A stretch of DNA of 64,000 nucleotides. Source: a virus. Its lineage: Duplodnaviria; Caudoviricetes. The stretch spans positions 2,532 to 66,531 of IMG/VR virus record IMGVR_UViG_3300043205_000005; one strand, written 5' to 3'. A program made the translations under genes and the position numbers. Under the pieces are notes generated by a model that was not told the DNA's origin, did no database searches, and saw only the letters and a program-made list of their open reading frames with translations. Positions 1 to 9,627 of this stretch are shown piece after piece. Numbering within the stretch: position 1 is the stretch's first letter; each line of letters begins with the position of its first letter.

Positions 1-14
1 GAAAGAGCAAACAC

Positions 15-947
15 GTGCAGTCGCCGCAGCAGGCACTCGCAATATCTTACGACATCAAAAGGCGAGCGAAGCGCGAACGTGGCGGCAAAGTCAAAGGTTA
101 CGACGCGGGCGGCGCGGCCGATGCCGTGAACCAGGTCATCACGGCGCTACAAAGCGGATCGAACCAAGGTACAAGCGCAGGAAGCAATCCGGGCATGAAC
201 AATTCCGCGCCGACACCAGCATCTTTTGCCGCAACACCGGCCGCAACTTCGTCCACATTGCCTCCACCAAACACCGGCTTGGGGACAAGTAATCCGTTGG
301 CCAATCAAATACAGCCGGTAGGGAGTGCCTCCATCGCCCCACCGCCCGTTACAGCCGGCCTTGCGCCGCAACAGCTACCACAACGCGGCCTAGGGGGGAT
401 GAAGCGCGGCGGCGTTCCTCATTTGGCGATGGGTGGGATTGGGCAGGCCCCGCCTTGGTATGTTCGTAACGAGGCGCATTCGCTGAATCACAGTGGCCCT
501 ATCATGTCGGCGGTGCCTGGCCGAACGGATCGCCACAATCTCAGTGTTCCCGGTGGCTCTTATATTTTTCCCGCAGACATGGTGAGCCACCTAGGTCAGA
601 ATAATAGTCAAGCGGGAATGAAGATTCTTTCAAACATGGGATTTGGTTCGGGTGGTCCTTTTGGTGGTGCGGGGCCTAAGATGGCGCGCGGCATGGGGCT
701 TCCTAAACCGCCGCGCCCGATGGGTATTCCGGGGGACAAAGGTGGTGCGCGTGGTGACGGGACCGGAACGCCCGTTCCTATTGTAGTTGCCGGCGGGGAA
801 TTTGCAGCGCCTCCCGAGGCAATCATGAAGGTTCTAAAAACAACCGACCTGAAACATGCTCACAAAACATTGGACGCTTGGGTGATGCAAGTGCGTAAGG
901 ACCACATCAAAACCTTACGCGGCCTCCCGCCGCCGGCAAAATCATGA
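15..947 (+). CDS. Probable internal virion protein (GG-motif protein)
   Basis: 310-aa ORF; RGGKV/KRGGV/AMGG motifs and a GRTDRHNLSVPGGSYIFPADMVS segment resembling proteins of podoviral injection modules; start may lie upstream of the window. Confidence 0.5.
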   Translation: MQSPQQALAISYDIKRRAKRERGGKVKGYDAGGAADAVNQVITALQSGSNQGTSAGSNPGMNNSAPTPASFAATPAATSSTLPPPNTGLGTSNPLANQIQPVGSASIAPPPVTAGLAPQQLPQRGLGGMKRGGVPHLAMGGIGQAPPWYVRNEAHSLNHSGPIMSAVPGRTDRHNLSVPGGSYIFPADMVSHLGQNNSQAGMKILSNMGFGSGGPFGGAGPKMARGMGLPKPPRPMGIPGDKGGARGDGTGTPVPIVVAGGEFAAPPEAIMKVLKTTDLKHAHKTLDAWVMQVRKDHIKTLRGLPPPAKS

Positions 948-1552
948 ACGAGAATCCAACAGTTATCGGAGCGACGCTCGCGGACTTGCCGGAGTTCATG
1001 CGGCTGTTCAAGATCATGCATCATGAGAATGGGATGTTTGACCTTGATGAAGATTGTGTGCGCGAGACATTCAACCGCGCGGTCAAGAATAAGGAAGGCG
1101 TGATCGGTCTAATAAAGGGACCCCTCGGCGATCTTCGCGCGATGCTCTATTTGTTGATAACGAGATATTATTATACCCAGCAATTTCATTTGGAAGAGTT
1201 ATTCAATTTTATCGCGCCGGAATTCAGAAAAACAAATTACGCTGATACATTGCTGCGCTATGCTATCCATTGTCAGCAACAATTGAACATTCCTCTCGTG
1301 ATCGGTGTACTGACCGGGAGCAGAATGGAAGCCAAGGTGAGGCTCTATCGTCGCCGTCTTGGGATGCCGTCAGGCGCATTTTTTGTCCACGGTGCTCCGC
1401 CTGAATATTTTGAACGCGCGCAGAGCATGGACCTGTGGCGTATTCATACGCGCGGTCGCGAATCTAAAAAAGAAAACGGCCTTGCGGCGCAATTGGCGAC
1501 TGCCGTTGCGACCACGATGATGATGCCGTTACAGATGGCGGGTAACGCATGA
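944..1552 (+). CDS. GNAT-like acetyltransferase
   Basis: EELFNFIAPEFRKTNYADTLL resembles the GNAT acetyl-CoA motif; ATGA coupling on both sides; typical position before ejection proteins. Confidence 0.55.
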   Translation: MNENPTVIGATLADLPEFMRLFKIMHHENGMFDLDEDCVRETFNRAVKNKEGVIGLIKGPLGDLRAMLYLLITRYYYTQQFHLEELFNFIAPEFRKTNYADTLLRYAIHCQQQLNIPLVIGVLTGSRMEAKVRLYRRRLGMPSGAFFVHGAPPEYFERAQSMDLWRIHTRGRESKKENGLAAQLATAVATTMMMPLQMAGNA

Positions 1553-4500
1553 GCAAGGGCAGTAATACTACTTCAACCTCAACCGCGCCAAACCCGCAGG
1601 CGGCGGCGGCCTATTCCAACATCCTGAATCAAGCACAGCAGGTTGCGGCGACACCTTACAATCCCTATGGGGGACAACTTGTTGCTCCCGTCAATCAGCA
1701 GCAACAAACCGGCATTGGGACGGTCAACCAATACGCGACGGCCGGCGTTCCTTATTTGCAGACTGCGGAGGGATTGCAGCAGGGAGCGGCGAATCCGCTC
1801 ACGGCGGCGCAGATTCAACAATATTATAGTCCTTATCAAGCGAACGTCGTTAATGCGACGGAACAGCAGTTCAATAATCAGAACGCGATGCAGCAGCAGC
1901 AGGTTTTGGGCAACGCCGCCGCGCAGGGGGCGCTTGGTGGTGACCGAACGGCGGTCGCTCAATCTGTTCTTGCGGGACAACAGCAAGCACAGGAAGCACC
2001 CGTTATAGCTGGTTTGGAAAATCAGGGCTACGCGCAAGCTCTACAAACGGCGGGGCAGCAGTTCCAACAGAATCCGGAACAGGCTGCTTATGGAATCGCC
2101 AGCACGGGAAATGCTATCGAGAATGCCGGACTGACCGGAGCAAACGCGCAAGTCGGTGCCGGTACGCTCGAACAACAAACACAACAAGCTCAGGATACGG
2201 CGGCCTATCAGCAATATATGCAGGCGATGCAGTATCCGTTTGCGACGCTTGGATGGGAAGCTGGCTTGGCGAGCGGAGTTGGTTCTCAGATGGGAGGCAC
2301 GAGTCAAACGACCGCGCCCGCACCGAATCAGACGGCGCAATATGCCGGTCTCGCATTGGCTGGCGCGGGAATGTTTTTGAAAGAGGGTGGTCGCGTCAAA
2401 AGTTACGATGGCGGCGGTGCAGCGTTGCCCTATGGCTCGGCGGGAATTGGGTGGGTGCCACAAGTATCAATCACGGGAGGAAGTGGACCTCCCAAGCCTC
2501 CTGGAACCGCCGGAGCACAAAGCGGCGTGCAATCTCCATTGCAGATGGCAGCACAGGCGTCAAATCTCGCGGGTGGATTACAAGGCAAAGGAAAATCCGT
2601 GCTCGGCAATTTGATGCCTGGAAGCCCAAGCTATGGAGGCGGCAACGCGCTCAGCGGCGATGCTTGGGGAGGCAGTGCATCAAGTCCTTTGCCCGGTTTG
2701 GACGCGAGCGATTATGGTGTTTCGGGTTTAGCCGATGCTGGCGCGGGGGCTGCGGATGCAGGTGCTGCAGGTGTGGCAAGTGCCGGGGCCGATGTCGCCG
2801 AAATGTTGCCGATGCTGGCACTCGCAAATCGTGGGGGAAGGATTCATCTGCGGCGCGGCGGCGCTCCCGTGCGTGCCGGTTTAGGCATGGCGTCGTTCAT
2901 GCCACGTCGAAAGTTTGCCTCTGGTGGTGGCGATGACAGCGACGGCGACGTGGTAAATTTTCCGTCCGACCGTTTTGTGCAGCCGCCGGTTCCTGCGGGG
3001 CTTTATAATAATAGTTCCGGTGAAGCGAATCCGCTTGAAAATATTGTAAAGTTTCAGACGTATGGACTTAATTCTCCGTATGTGCCCCAACACTCGTCGT
3101 CTTCGACAGCGAGTGGAACGGCGACGGATCAGGCTGATAACGATAGTGTGCCGCCGCAGATAACCGGAAGGCCACAGCAACAGGCTGGACTTGGAACGTC
3201 GGCGATGGCCTTTCAAGATGATGGGTCACGCAACGCTTCTGTTGCTGCACCACCGGACTCGGTCAACGCTGCGCAAGCGGCGCGGAGCGCTGGGGATGAG
3301 GAAAAGAGTGGAATACATTTTGGCTTGGGGCTGATGTCGCCCGACGCCAAGAGTGCGTTGCTTGCGGCTGGGCTTGGCATGATGGCTTCGCGCTCGCCGT
3401 TTCTCGGGACGGCGATTGGTGAAGGTGGGCTGGCTGGATTATCTGCTTATAGTGGTCTCAAGAACAAAGAACAAGACGTTGACCTGAAAGTTAAGCAGTT
3501 GAATCAGGCGGCGAAGGCGGAGCAGGATCGGATTGCGTTGGAGACGAAGCGCGAGTCCGATTTGTATTCGAAGATGACGCCAGCACAACAGGCCGAAGTT
3601 GAATTCCGGCAGCGCAACTTGGAGCGTGAAAACTTACAGCCCGTCAAAGTTGGCACCGATATGTCCACGGGCACGGATATTTATGCCGTCCGCGATCCGA
3701 CCGCGCCAGGAGGGTTCCGGCGTATCGATCCAGCCTCATATGGTGCGCCTCATGGCACGCCGATGGGGACCGGCGCGCCTGTCAGTTCGGCCGCGCCCAC
3801 GGCGCCCGCTGTGCCGAATAGCGATGATGCAAGCCTGCCGGCTAAATCGACGCCCGTCAGCGGAGATATTCCCGACAACGTGAAGCCGGAAATTCTGGCG
3901 GCGCTCGATCCGAACGTAGCCTCACAGGTCAAGGCACTTGACGAAGGCCGTATGGCGTTTCCGACCGGCTTTGCTTTGTCGAAGCCCTATTGGCAAAACA
4001 TGCTGCGGCTTGTCTCTCAGTACGATCCGTCGTTCGATGCCGTGAACTACAATGCGCGGGCGAAGACGCGGTCAGATTTTGTTGCGGGAAAGTCGGCTCA
4101 AAATATCACATCGTTCAATACCGCCATCGGTCATCTTGATACGCTCGATAAGACGATTGACGATCTTGGTAATACGCGGTTTGGCTGGCTTAATCCCACA
4201 TTACAGTCCGCCAAGTTCGCGATGGGCGATCAATCTTTCCAGGAATCGCAAAAGCGGTTCATGGCGGCTAAACAAGCCGTAACCGATGAATTGACTCGCG
4301 CCTTCCGTGGATCGGGTGGCAACGTTCACGACATTGTCGGGTGGGAGCAAACAATCAATCAGGCAGATTCGCCTGCGGCGCTTCATGCCGCAACGAAGGC
4401 GGCTGTCGATTTGCTACGCAGCCGTATCGAATCCGTGGGGGATCAATACAATCGTGGCATGGGGACGACGCGCGATCCGTTGACGATGCTTTCGCCTCAT

Positions 4501-4686
4501 GCGCAGGCTACGATTGCTCGATTGAGTGGAGAGGCACCGGCACAAAAGGGGACGCCCTCTACTACATCGGTTGACCCGCGCGATGCCGCTGCACTTAAAG
4601 CCAATGCTGCCAATCCTGCGGCTGCGGCGGCGATTGATCGGAAATACGGCGCCGGCACTGCGGCGCGGTTGCTTGGGGCACAGTGA
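1549..4686 (+). CDS. DNA ejection / internal virion protein (pilot-like)
   Basis: 1045 aa; Gln/Ala/Gly-rich N-terminus, GG motifs, helical C-terminus; context. Confidence 0.55.
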   Translation: MSKGSNTTSTSTAPNPQAAAAYSNILNQAQQVAATPYNPYGGQLVAPVNQQQQTGIGTVNQYATAGVPYLQTAEGLQQGAANPLTAAQIQQYYSPYQANVVNATEQQFNNQNAMQQQQVLGNAAAQGALGGDRTAVAQSVLAGQQQAQEAPVIAGLENQGYAQALQTAGQQFQQNPEQAAYGIASTGNAIENAGLTGANAQVGAGTLEQQTQQAQDTAAYQQYMQAMQYPFATLGWEAGLASGVGSQMGGTSQTTAPAPNQTAQYAGLALAGAGMFLKEGGRVKSYDGGGAALPYGSAGIGWVPQVSITGGSGPPKPPGTAGAQSGVQSPLQMAAQASNLAGGLQGKGKSVLGNLMPGSPSYGGGNALSGDAWGGSASSPLPGLDASDYGVSGLADAGAGAADAGAAGVASAGADVAEMLPMLALANRGGRIHLRRGGAPVRAGLGMASFMPRRKFASGGGDDSDGDVVNFPSDRFVQPPVPAGLYNNSSGEANPLENIVKFQTYGLNSPYVPQHSSSSTASGTATDQADNDSVPPQITGRPQQQAGLGTSAMAFQDDGSRNASVAAPPDSVNAAQAARSAGDEEKSGIHFGLGLMSPDAKSALLAAGLGMMASRSPFLGTAIGEGGLAGLSAYSGLKNKEQDVDLKVKQLNQAAKAEQDRIALETKRESDLYSKMTPAQQAEVEFRQRNLERENLQPVKVGTDMSTGTDIYAVRDPTAPGGFRRIDPASYGAPHGTPMGTGAPVSSAAPTAPAVPNSDDASLPAKSTPVSGDIPDNVKPEILAALDPNVASQVKALDEGRMAFPTGFALSKPYWQNMLRLVSQYDPSFDAVNYNARAKTRSDFVAGKSAQNITSFNTAIGHLDTLDKTIDDLGNTRFGWLNPTLQSAKFAMGDQSFQESQKRFMAAKQAVTDELTRAFRGSGGNVHDIVGWEQTINQADSPAALHAATKAAVDLLRSRIESVGDQYNRGMGTTRDPLTMLSPHAQATIARLSGEAPAQKGTPSTTSVDPRDAAALKANAANPAAAAAIDRKYGAGTAARLLGAQ

Positions 4687-7049
4687 TGGCCGATGATTTT
4701 ACTTTGCCGAGTGATGCTCCCGCGCCCTTTGCGTTGCCCAGTGAAGCATCGGCGCCTCCGGCTCCGCAAGGTGGTGGAGTAGAATCGCCGGGTACGTTGG
4801 AATCGGCGGCGTCCGGTATTCTTCACGGCATGTCGGCTGGATGGAGTGATCAATTAGGGGCGGCGGGGGAAGCGTCGGGACTTCCTAAATTTTCTGCCCC
4901 CTTGGCTCGTGGGGCCATTGGTGCGGCGCGTCTGGCTTACGAACATCTTACCGGCCAACCGGGACCGGCAAGCGCCGAATATGACCGTGCGATTGCCGAG
5001 ATTCAGAAGCGACAACAAGCCATGCAAGTTGCTCATCCCTTTGCTTATGGTGCGGGGGATTTGGCCGGTGCTGGGGCTTCGATGTTTATGCTGGGGCCGG
5101 AAGCTGTAGCGGGTGCGGCGTTGCCCGCGCGCTTGGGACAGGCCGCGAAGGTAGGCGCTGGATATGGAGCGGCGAGCGGGGCGTCACAGGGTGCGGAGCA
5201 AAATGGTTTGACGGGTGCGGTCGGCGGTGCCGGCGTTGGCGCGGTCGAAGGCGCGTTAGGTGGCGCGGGCGGCGAGCTAGGCGGCACGGCTTTGGGGCGC
5301 CTTGGGTCTGCGGCTTATGGTTATATTGGAAAACCCATTGCGTCGGCTGTTCGTGGATGGACTGATCCTGCGCAGGAAGCCGCGCGGCGCGTTGCTGGCG
5401 CTCTTTTTACAGATTACCCGCAAGTCGCGGCCGGCAAGAGTTTAGGTTTGACACCGACACAATGGGCCGAGCGTAAGGCAGCGGGCGATCCCGTGATGCT
5501 CGCCGACATGGGCGGGGAGACGACTCGTGCCCTCATGCGTTCAGCCGCAAACACTTCTCCGGAAGGGCGCGCGGAACTGAACAGTGTCATTGCCCAACGC
5601 TATGCGGATCAGAATGATCGCGCGGGCATGACGATTCGCAGCCTCGTTGATGGTGGGGCGAATACAGCAAAAACGAAGGCGCAGTTGGAGGCCGAATACG
5701 ATCTTGAGCGTGGTGGCGCGTATAGCACGGCTTATAACGCCGGGGATCGTCCTATCTGGTCACCTGAGTTGGAGAGATTGTCGTCGGCGCCTAGTGTTGC
5801 TGGCGCGATTCGCGGCGCAGTGAATCGCTGGCAGGATTTTCAGGTGAAGGATGGATTCGGGGCTATGAATCCTCCCGTCAATGTCACACCTGACGGGCAA
5901 CTGAAATTTCTGCCAGGTAAGGGAATGCTGCCCTACCCCAATTTGCAGTTCTGGGATTATGCGTCGCGCAATCTCGCGGGCATGGCTGCGCAGGCGCGGC
6001 GCGCAGGCAACAATACCGACGCGGCGCTGTACGGCGGACTCGAAGCGCAGTTGAAGGCCGAGCTTGATAAGCAAGTCCCTCAATTCGCCGATGCTCGCGG
6101 CATCGCTTCTCAGTATTTCGGGGGCAATAACGCTATCGAAGCCGGACAGCAGGCGATCAATTTCAAAGGCGACGTGCGCGATTTACAGCGCACCATGGCA
6201 CAGATGAAGCCTGCCGAGCGTGAAATGTTCCAAGAGTCCTACGCGGACGCCCTAGCTCGCAAAGCCGAAAATCTGGGGGATAGTCAGAACGTCACAGGGA
6301 GGATTTTCAATTCGCCGCAGGAACGCGCGAGGGTGGGTGCCGTGCTGGGGCCACAGGCCGTGGATACGATGGGGGCCTTTGTCCTGCGGGAGAAGATTTA
6401 CGATGCAGCGCGGCAGGCTTTGGGAAATTCGACAACCGTTCGGCAAATGATGGAGGCGGGGCTTGCCGGCGGCGTGGGTGGGCTGGCGCTGACGGGTGAC
6501 CCTAAGCAAGCCCTCGAATACGGCACACTGGCGGCGGGCGCTGGGGCCGGTGCAGGGGCATCCGGATTGGTCCGGCACGGGCTATTGACGGGGGCCAAGA
6601 CGGCGCTGGGCTATGTGGACCGGAATACCGCGGCTCGGGTCGCGGGGCTTTTGGCTTCCGACGATCCGAATGAGCTTATGCGGGGGCTGCAAATCGCCGC
6701 CAAGAACCAACGGGTAGCCGATGGGCTGCGGCAGTTGGGTTCCAGGGTTGCCGCCAGAATAGGCGCCCAGCGCGCTCCCAATGTGCCGCCGATGCAGCTT
6801 CCAGGCAATTTGGGCGCCGAGCCACAGCAGCAAAACGTTCCAGGGCCAGAACAGAAAGAAAATACAGGCGGTCGCATAGACCAACAGCGCGCCACGGGCG
6901 GTCAGGTGGGGGGTGAATCGGGGCATAAAGGACTATTAAATAGGGGAAATCCCGGCTTGGCAAGGCGGGCAAATGATGGAAGGCTCTATATCCACGACCC
7001 TCACAGGCCGGGAAAGTTCCTTATGGTCGTACCTAGAGTCGTACATTAA
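4683..7049 (+). CDS. DNA ejection / internal virion protein
   Basis: 788 aa, Ala/Gly-rich, coupled to upstream gene. Confidence 0.5.
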   Translation: MMADDFTLPSDAPAPFALPSEASAPPAPQGGGVESPGTLESAASGILHGMSAGWSDQLGAAGEASGLPKFSAPLARGAIGAARLAYEHLTGQPGPASAEYDRAIAEIQKRQQAMQVAHPFAYGAGDLAGAGASMFMLGPEAVAGAALPARLGQAAKVGAGYGAASGASQGAEQNGLTGAVGGAGVGAVEGALGGAGGELGGTALGRLGSAAYGYIGKPIASAVRGWTDPAQEAARRVAGALFTDYPQVAAGKSLGLTPTQWAERKAAGDPVMLADMGGETTRALMRSAANTSPEGRAELNSVIAQRYADQNDRAGMTIRSLVDGGANTAKTKAQLEAEYDLERGGAYSTAYNAGDRPIWSPELERLSSAPSVAGAIRGAVNRWQDFQVKDGFGAMNPPVNVTPDGQLKFLPGKGMLPYPNLQFWDYASRNLAGMAAQARRAGNNTDAALYGGLEAQLKAELDKQVPQFADARGIASQYFGGNNAIEAGQQAINFKGDVRDLQRTMAQMKPAEREMFQESYADALARKAENLGDSQNVTGRIFNSPQERARVGAVLGPQAVDTMGAFVLREKIYDAARQALGNSTTVRQMMEAGLAGGVGGLALTGDPKQALEYGTLAAGAGAGAGASGLVRHGLLTGAKTALGYVDRNTAARVAGLLASDDPNELMRGLQIAAKNQRVADGLRQLGSRVAARIGAQRAPNVPPMQLPGNLGAEPQQQNVPGPEQKENTGGRIDQQRATGGQVGGESGHKGLLNRGNPGLARRANDGRLYIHDPHRPGKFLMVVPRVVH

Positions 7050-7057
7050 GGATTTGC

Positions 7058-7099
7058 GTCACGAGAGGGCCTTCGGGCTGACAGACCGGACTCGGTCAA
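7058..7099 (+). repeat. Bipartite element, long form
   Basis: GTCACGAGAGGGCCTTCGGGCTGACAGACCGGACTCGGTCAA; spacing between the two GTCA = 37. Confidence 0.9.
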
Positions 7100-7141
7100 C
7101 TATCCTCTGAGATTGGGTGACTAGACTGAGGGTTTGGGTGC

Positions 7142-8875
7142 ATGGCCGACGATGATGCAAATCTTCCTGCCGCTTACGACCTAGTCCCGGTCGATCACCA
7201 GCCGCAATTTGCCGACGCGCCTGTCCCCAAGGCCGGACAGACCGTGCAACAGCCCAACGTCATGGGCGATATTTCGGCAATGCCGGGGAAGGTCGCAAGT
7301 GCAGTCGGCGACGTAACCGGAGTCACGGAGGCAGTCAAAGCGGCACGCGGACAAATGACCCCAGAGGAAGCGCAGATGTTCGCGCTTGGGGCGTTGCCGA
7401 TGCTTGCGGGTGGACCGGAGGCGAAGGTTGCGAGCGAAGTCGCTTCCGATATTGCGCCAGCGGCAACAAAAGCTATTCGTGCTTTTCACGGTTCCCCCTA
7501 CGACTTCAACCAATTCGACCTGTCCAAGATAGGAACCGGAGAGGGTGCACAGGCTTACGGGCATGGGTTGTATTTTGCGGAGAATCCGGCAACCGCTCAG
7601 GACTATAAGAGCAAACTGTCTACGCTTGCCAATGTAAACGATAGTCCCGAGGCCAAGACGGCGCTGTACTATTTGCAGCAAAACAACTTCGACAAGGCGG
7701 CGGCGCGTGCCGACTTGGAAGGACAATTGAAACAAAAGCTGCCGGACAGTCATCCGCAAGTGCAGGCGATCAATAATTACGATCCCGGCAAAATGTACGA
7801 AGTCAACATCAACGCCGACCCCGAACATTTCCTCGATTGGGATAAGCCGCTGAGTGAGCATCCGCCTGAAATTCAAGACAAAGTTAAGCAGGCGATGGGG
7901 ATTGACTATTATGGCAAATACGATCCGCAGAAAGCAGAACGAGTGTGGAATCAGTTTGGTAAGGCGCAGGCGGGAACGGCAGTTAAGAACGGATTCATAG
8001 CGTTTAACGATGAGACTGTTGCGCAGCGTCTACGCGATGCCGGCATCCCCGGCATCAAATACCTGGATCAAGGATCGCGGGCAAATGCAGGTTGGCGGAT
8101 GCTGCCCCCTAGCGATAGCGTAAGCGGCAAATGGGTGGTTGGTCATGCGCCAAACGGGCCAAACCAATTTTTTGAAAACGAAGCCGAGGCGAAGGCGGCA
8201 TACGAGGCTGGACTACCCGCAACACAGACCCGCAACTACGTCGTATTCAACGACAAGCTAATCGACATCGTGAAGAAATACGGCTTGGCTGGTCTGGTCG
8301 CAGGCGGGGCTTCGCATTTTTCGACGGTGCCGGTGGACCATCAACCGGACTTCGGGGATAACCAGCAAGGCATGGCAACGGGTGGCAGGATCGACGGCGC
8401 CACAAGCATCAACCGCAGTTACGACGTGCCCTATCTCGCCGGATCATCGAACGACGACAAAACTGTTTACATCGACCGCCGCGTTCCCAAGCGAATAGCC
8501 GTCAAACGCGCGAACGGGAAAGGTTACGAGTCGATAGACCCTGCGGAATTTCTTGCGGAGCACGAGCGCGAAGAACACAAAGCCATGCGCGCCGGCAAGC
8601 CTTACGAGAAAGCGCATGTCGAGAATGGTACAGCAGCGGAGCGGGCAAAGGTCAAGGCGCATGGATTGGATTGGGACCATTACGAGGAAGTAATGGACGG
8701 TCTGTTGTCGCATATTGAACACGAACATCCCAAGCGACCTCCGCCGGACCTCTACAAAAAACCCTATCCTCACAACGAGGCTGTTTTGTTGAAGAGACTG
8801 GGTGACCGCGCTGAGTCTAAAAATATTCCGCGCGAGAATGAGTCAAACAAAAACGCAAAGGAACACCATGCCTAG
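7142..8875 (+). CDS. Polyvalent protein: ADP-ribosyltransferase-like domain plus HExxE/H metallopeptidase-like C-terminus
   Basis: AFHGSPYDFNQFDLSKIGTGEGAQAYGHGLYFAEN ... GIPGIKY ... RNYVVF (ART-PolyVal-like); C-terminal VYID...LAEHEREEH. Confidence 0.55.
   Translation: MADDDANLPAAYDLVPVDHQPQFADAPVPKAGQTVQQPNVMGDISAMPGKVASAVGDVTGVTEAVKAARGQMTPEEAQMFALGALPMLAGGPEAKVASEVASDIAPAATKAIRAFHGSPYDFNQFDLSKIGTGEGAQAYGHGLYFAENPATAQDYKSKLSTLANVNDSPEAKTALYYLQQNNFDKAAARADLEGQLKQKLPDSHPQVQAINNYDPGKMYEVNINADPEHFLDWDKPLSEHPPEIQDKVKQAMGIDYYGKYDPQKAERVWNQFGKAQAGTAVKNGFIAFNDETVAQRLRDAGIPGIKYLDQGSRANAGWRMLPPSDSVSGKWVVGHAPNGPNQFFENEAEAKAAYEAGLPATQTRNYVVFNDKLIDIVKKYGLAGLVAGGASHFSTVPVDHQPDFGDNQQGMATGGRIDGATSINRSYDVPYLAGSSNDDKTVYIDRRVPKRIAVKRANGKGYESIDPAEFLAEHEREEHKAMRAGKPYEKAHVENGTAAERAKVKAHGLDWDHYEEVMDGLLSHIEHEHPKRPPPDLYKKPYPHNEAVLLKRLGDRAESKNIPRENESNKNAKEHHA
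8802..8838 (-). repeat. Bipartite element, divergent variant
   Basis: GGTGACCGCGCTGAG shared exactly (15 bp) with the 37521 copy. Confidence 0.5.
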
Positions 8876-9116
8876 ACCAGAACTTTCAGGTGATCTATCG
8901 CGCGTCAAATCCATCGAGGCCGACGAAACGTGGCCATCACTTATCGAAATTGTCTGTTACTGGGGACCAAAAGACGCCCCGCGCAAAGGCCGCAGGCGCT
9001 CAACTGAAATCGACGCAGACCAATTCTTCGGCCGTGGCCGTTTTGGGGCTCCGATGTCCGGCGATCAACTTGTGGGAATCGTCAATAATCTGCGCAAACA
9101 GGGGCCGAAGTCTTGA
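8868..9116 (+). CDS. Hypothetical protein
   Basis: ATG at 8868 after AAAGGAAC, in frame with ORF 8802..9116. Confidence 0.5.
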   Translation: MPRPELSGDLSRVKSIEADETWPSLIEIVCYWGPKDAPRKGRRRSTEIDADQFFGRGRFGAPMSGDQLVGIVNNLRKQGPKS

Positions 9117-9171
9117 CGAAAGGTTAGGTGCGGAGTCAGGGTTTCTTACATCAAAGAATCAGGACCATCCC

Positions 9172-9438
9172 ATGACCCTCTCTGTCCTCTCGCTGTGGGT
9201 AGGCTTCGACAAATCGGTTGACGGCGCGGTTTTGGTGATAGCCAATAAGGGATTGCCTACAGAACAGCGGTGGGCGTTGGGGCCGTGGTGTGGGATTGAA
9301 GGTGCTCCCGAGATAGGCAGACGTGCAGCAAAGTTGTTACGGCGGGAATTGTTTGTTGATGACGTGCCCAGTCAGATTGAGGAAGGCGCGGAGCAGCTTG
9401 TCGAGTCCAGAACCAAAACGCAAAGATTCAATTCATGA
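9172..9438 (+). CDS. Hypothetical protein
   Basis: ATG at 9172 after CAGGA, in frame with ORF 8890..9438. Confidence 0.45.
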   Translation: MTLSVLSLWVGFDKSVDGAVLVIANKGLPTEQRWALGPWCGIEGAPEIGRRAAKLLRRELFVDDVPSQIEEGAEQLVESRTKTQRFNS

Positions 9439-9447
9439 GGCATTTTG

Positions 9448-9490
9448 GTCACGCGAGTCATCCGCGAACTGGAAGACCGGACTCGGTCAA
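9448..9490 (+). repeat. Bipartite element, long form
   Basis: GTCACGCGAG...GACCGGACTCGGTCAA; spacing 38. Confidence 0.9.
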
Positions 9491-9627
9491 CGATCCGCTT
9501 GAGGGAAAGTTGACGGGGTTTCAGCGGTTCATTTTGCTTGTTGGATGCGCGGCGAGTTTGGTTCTGAGTGTGTCGGTTGCTCATGGGTATTATGTTTGGT
9601 TTTTGAAGCCGTGAGTGTGGAGCAAAA

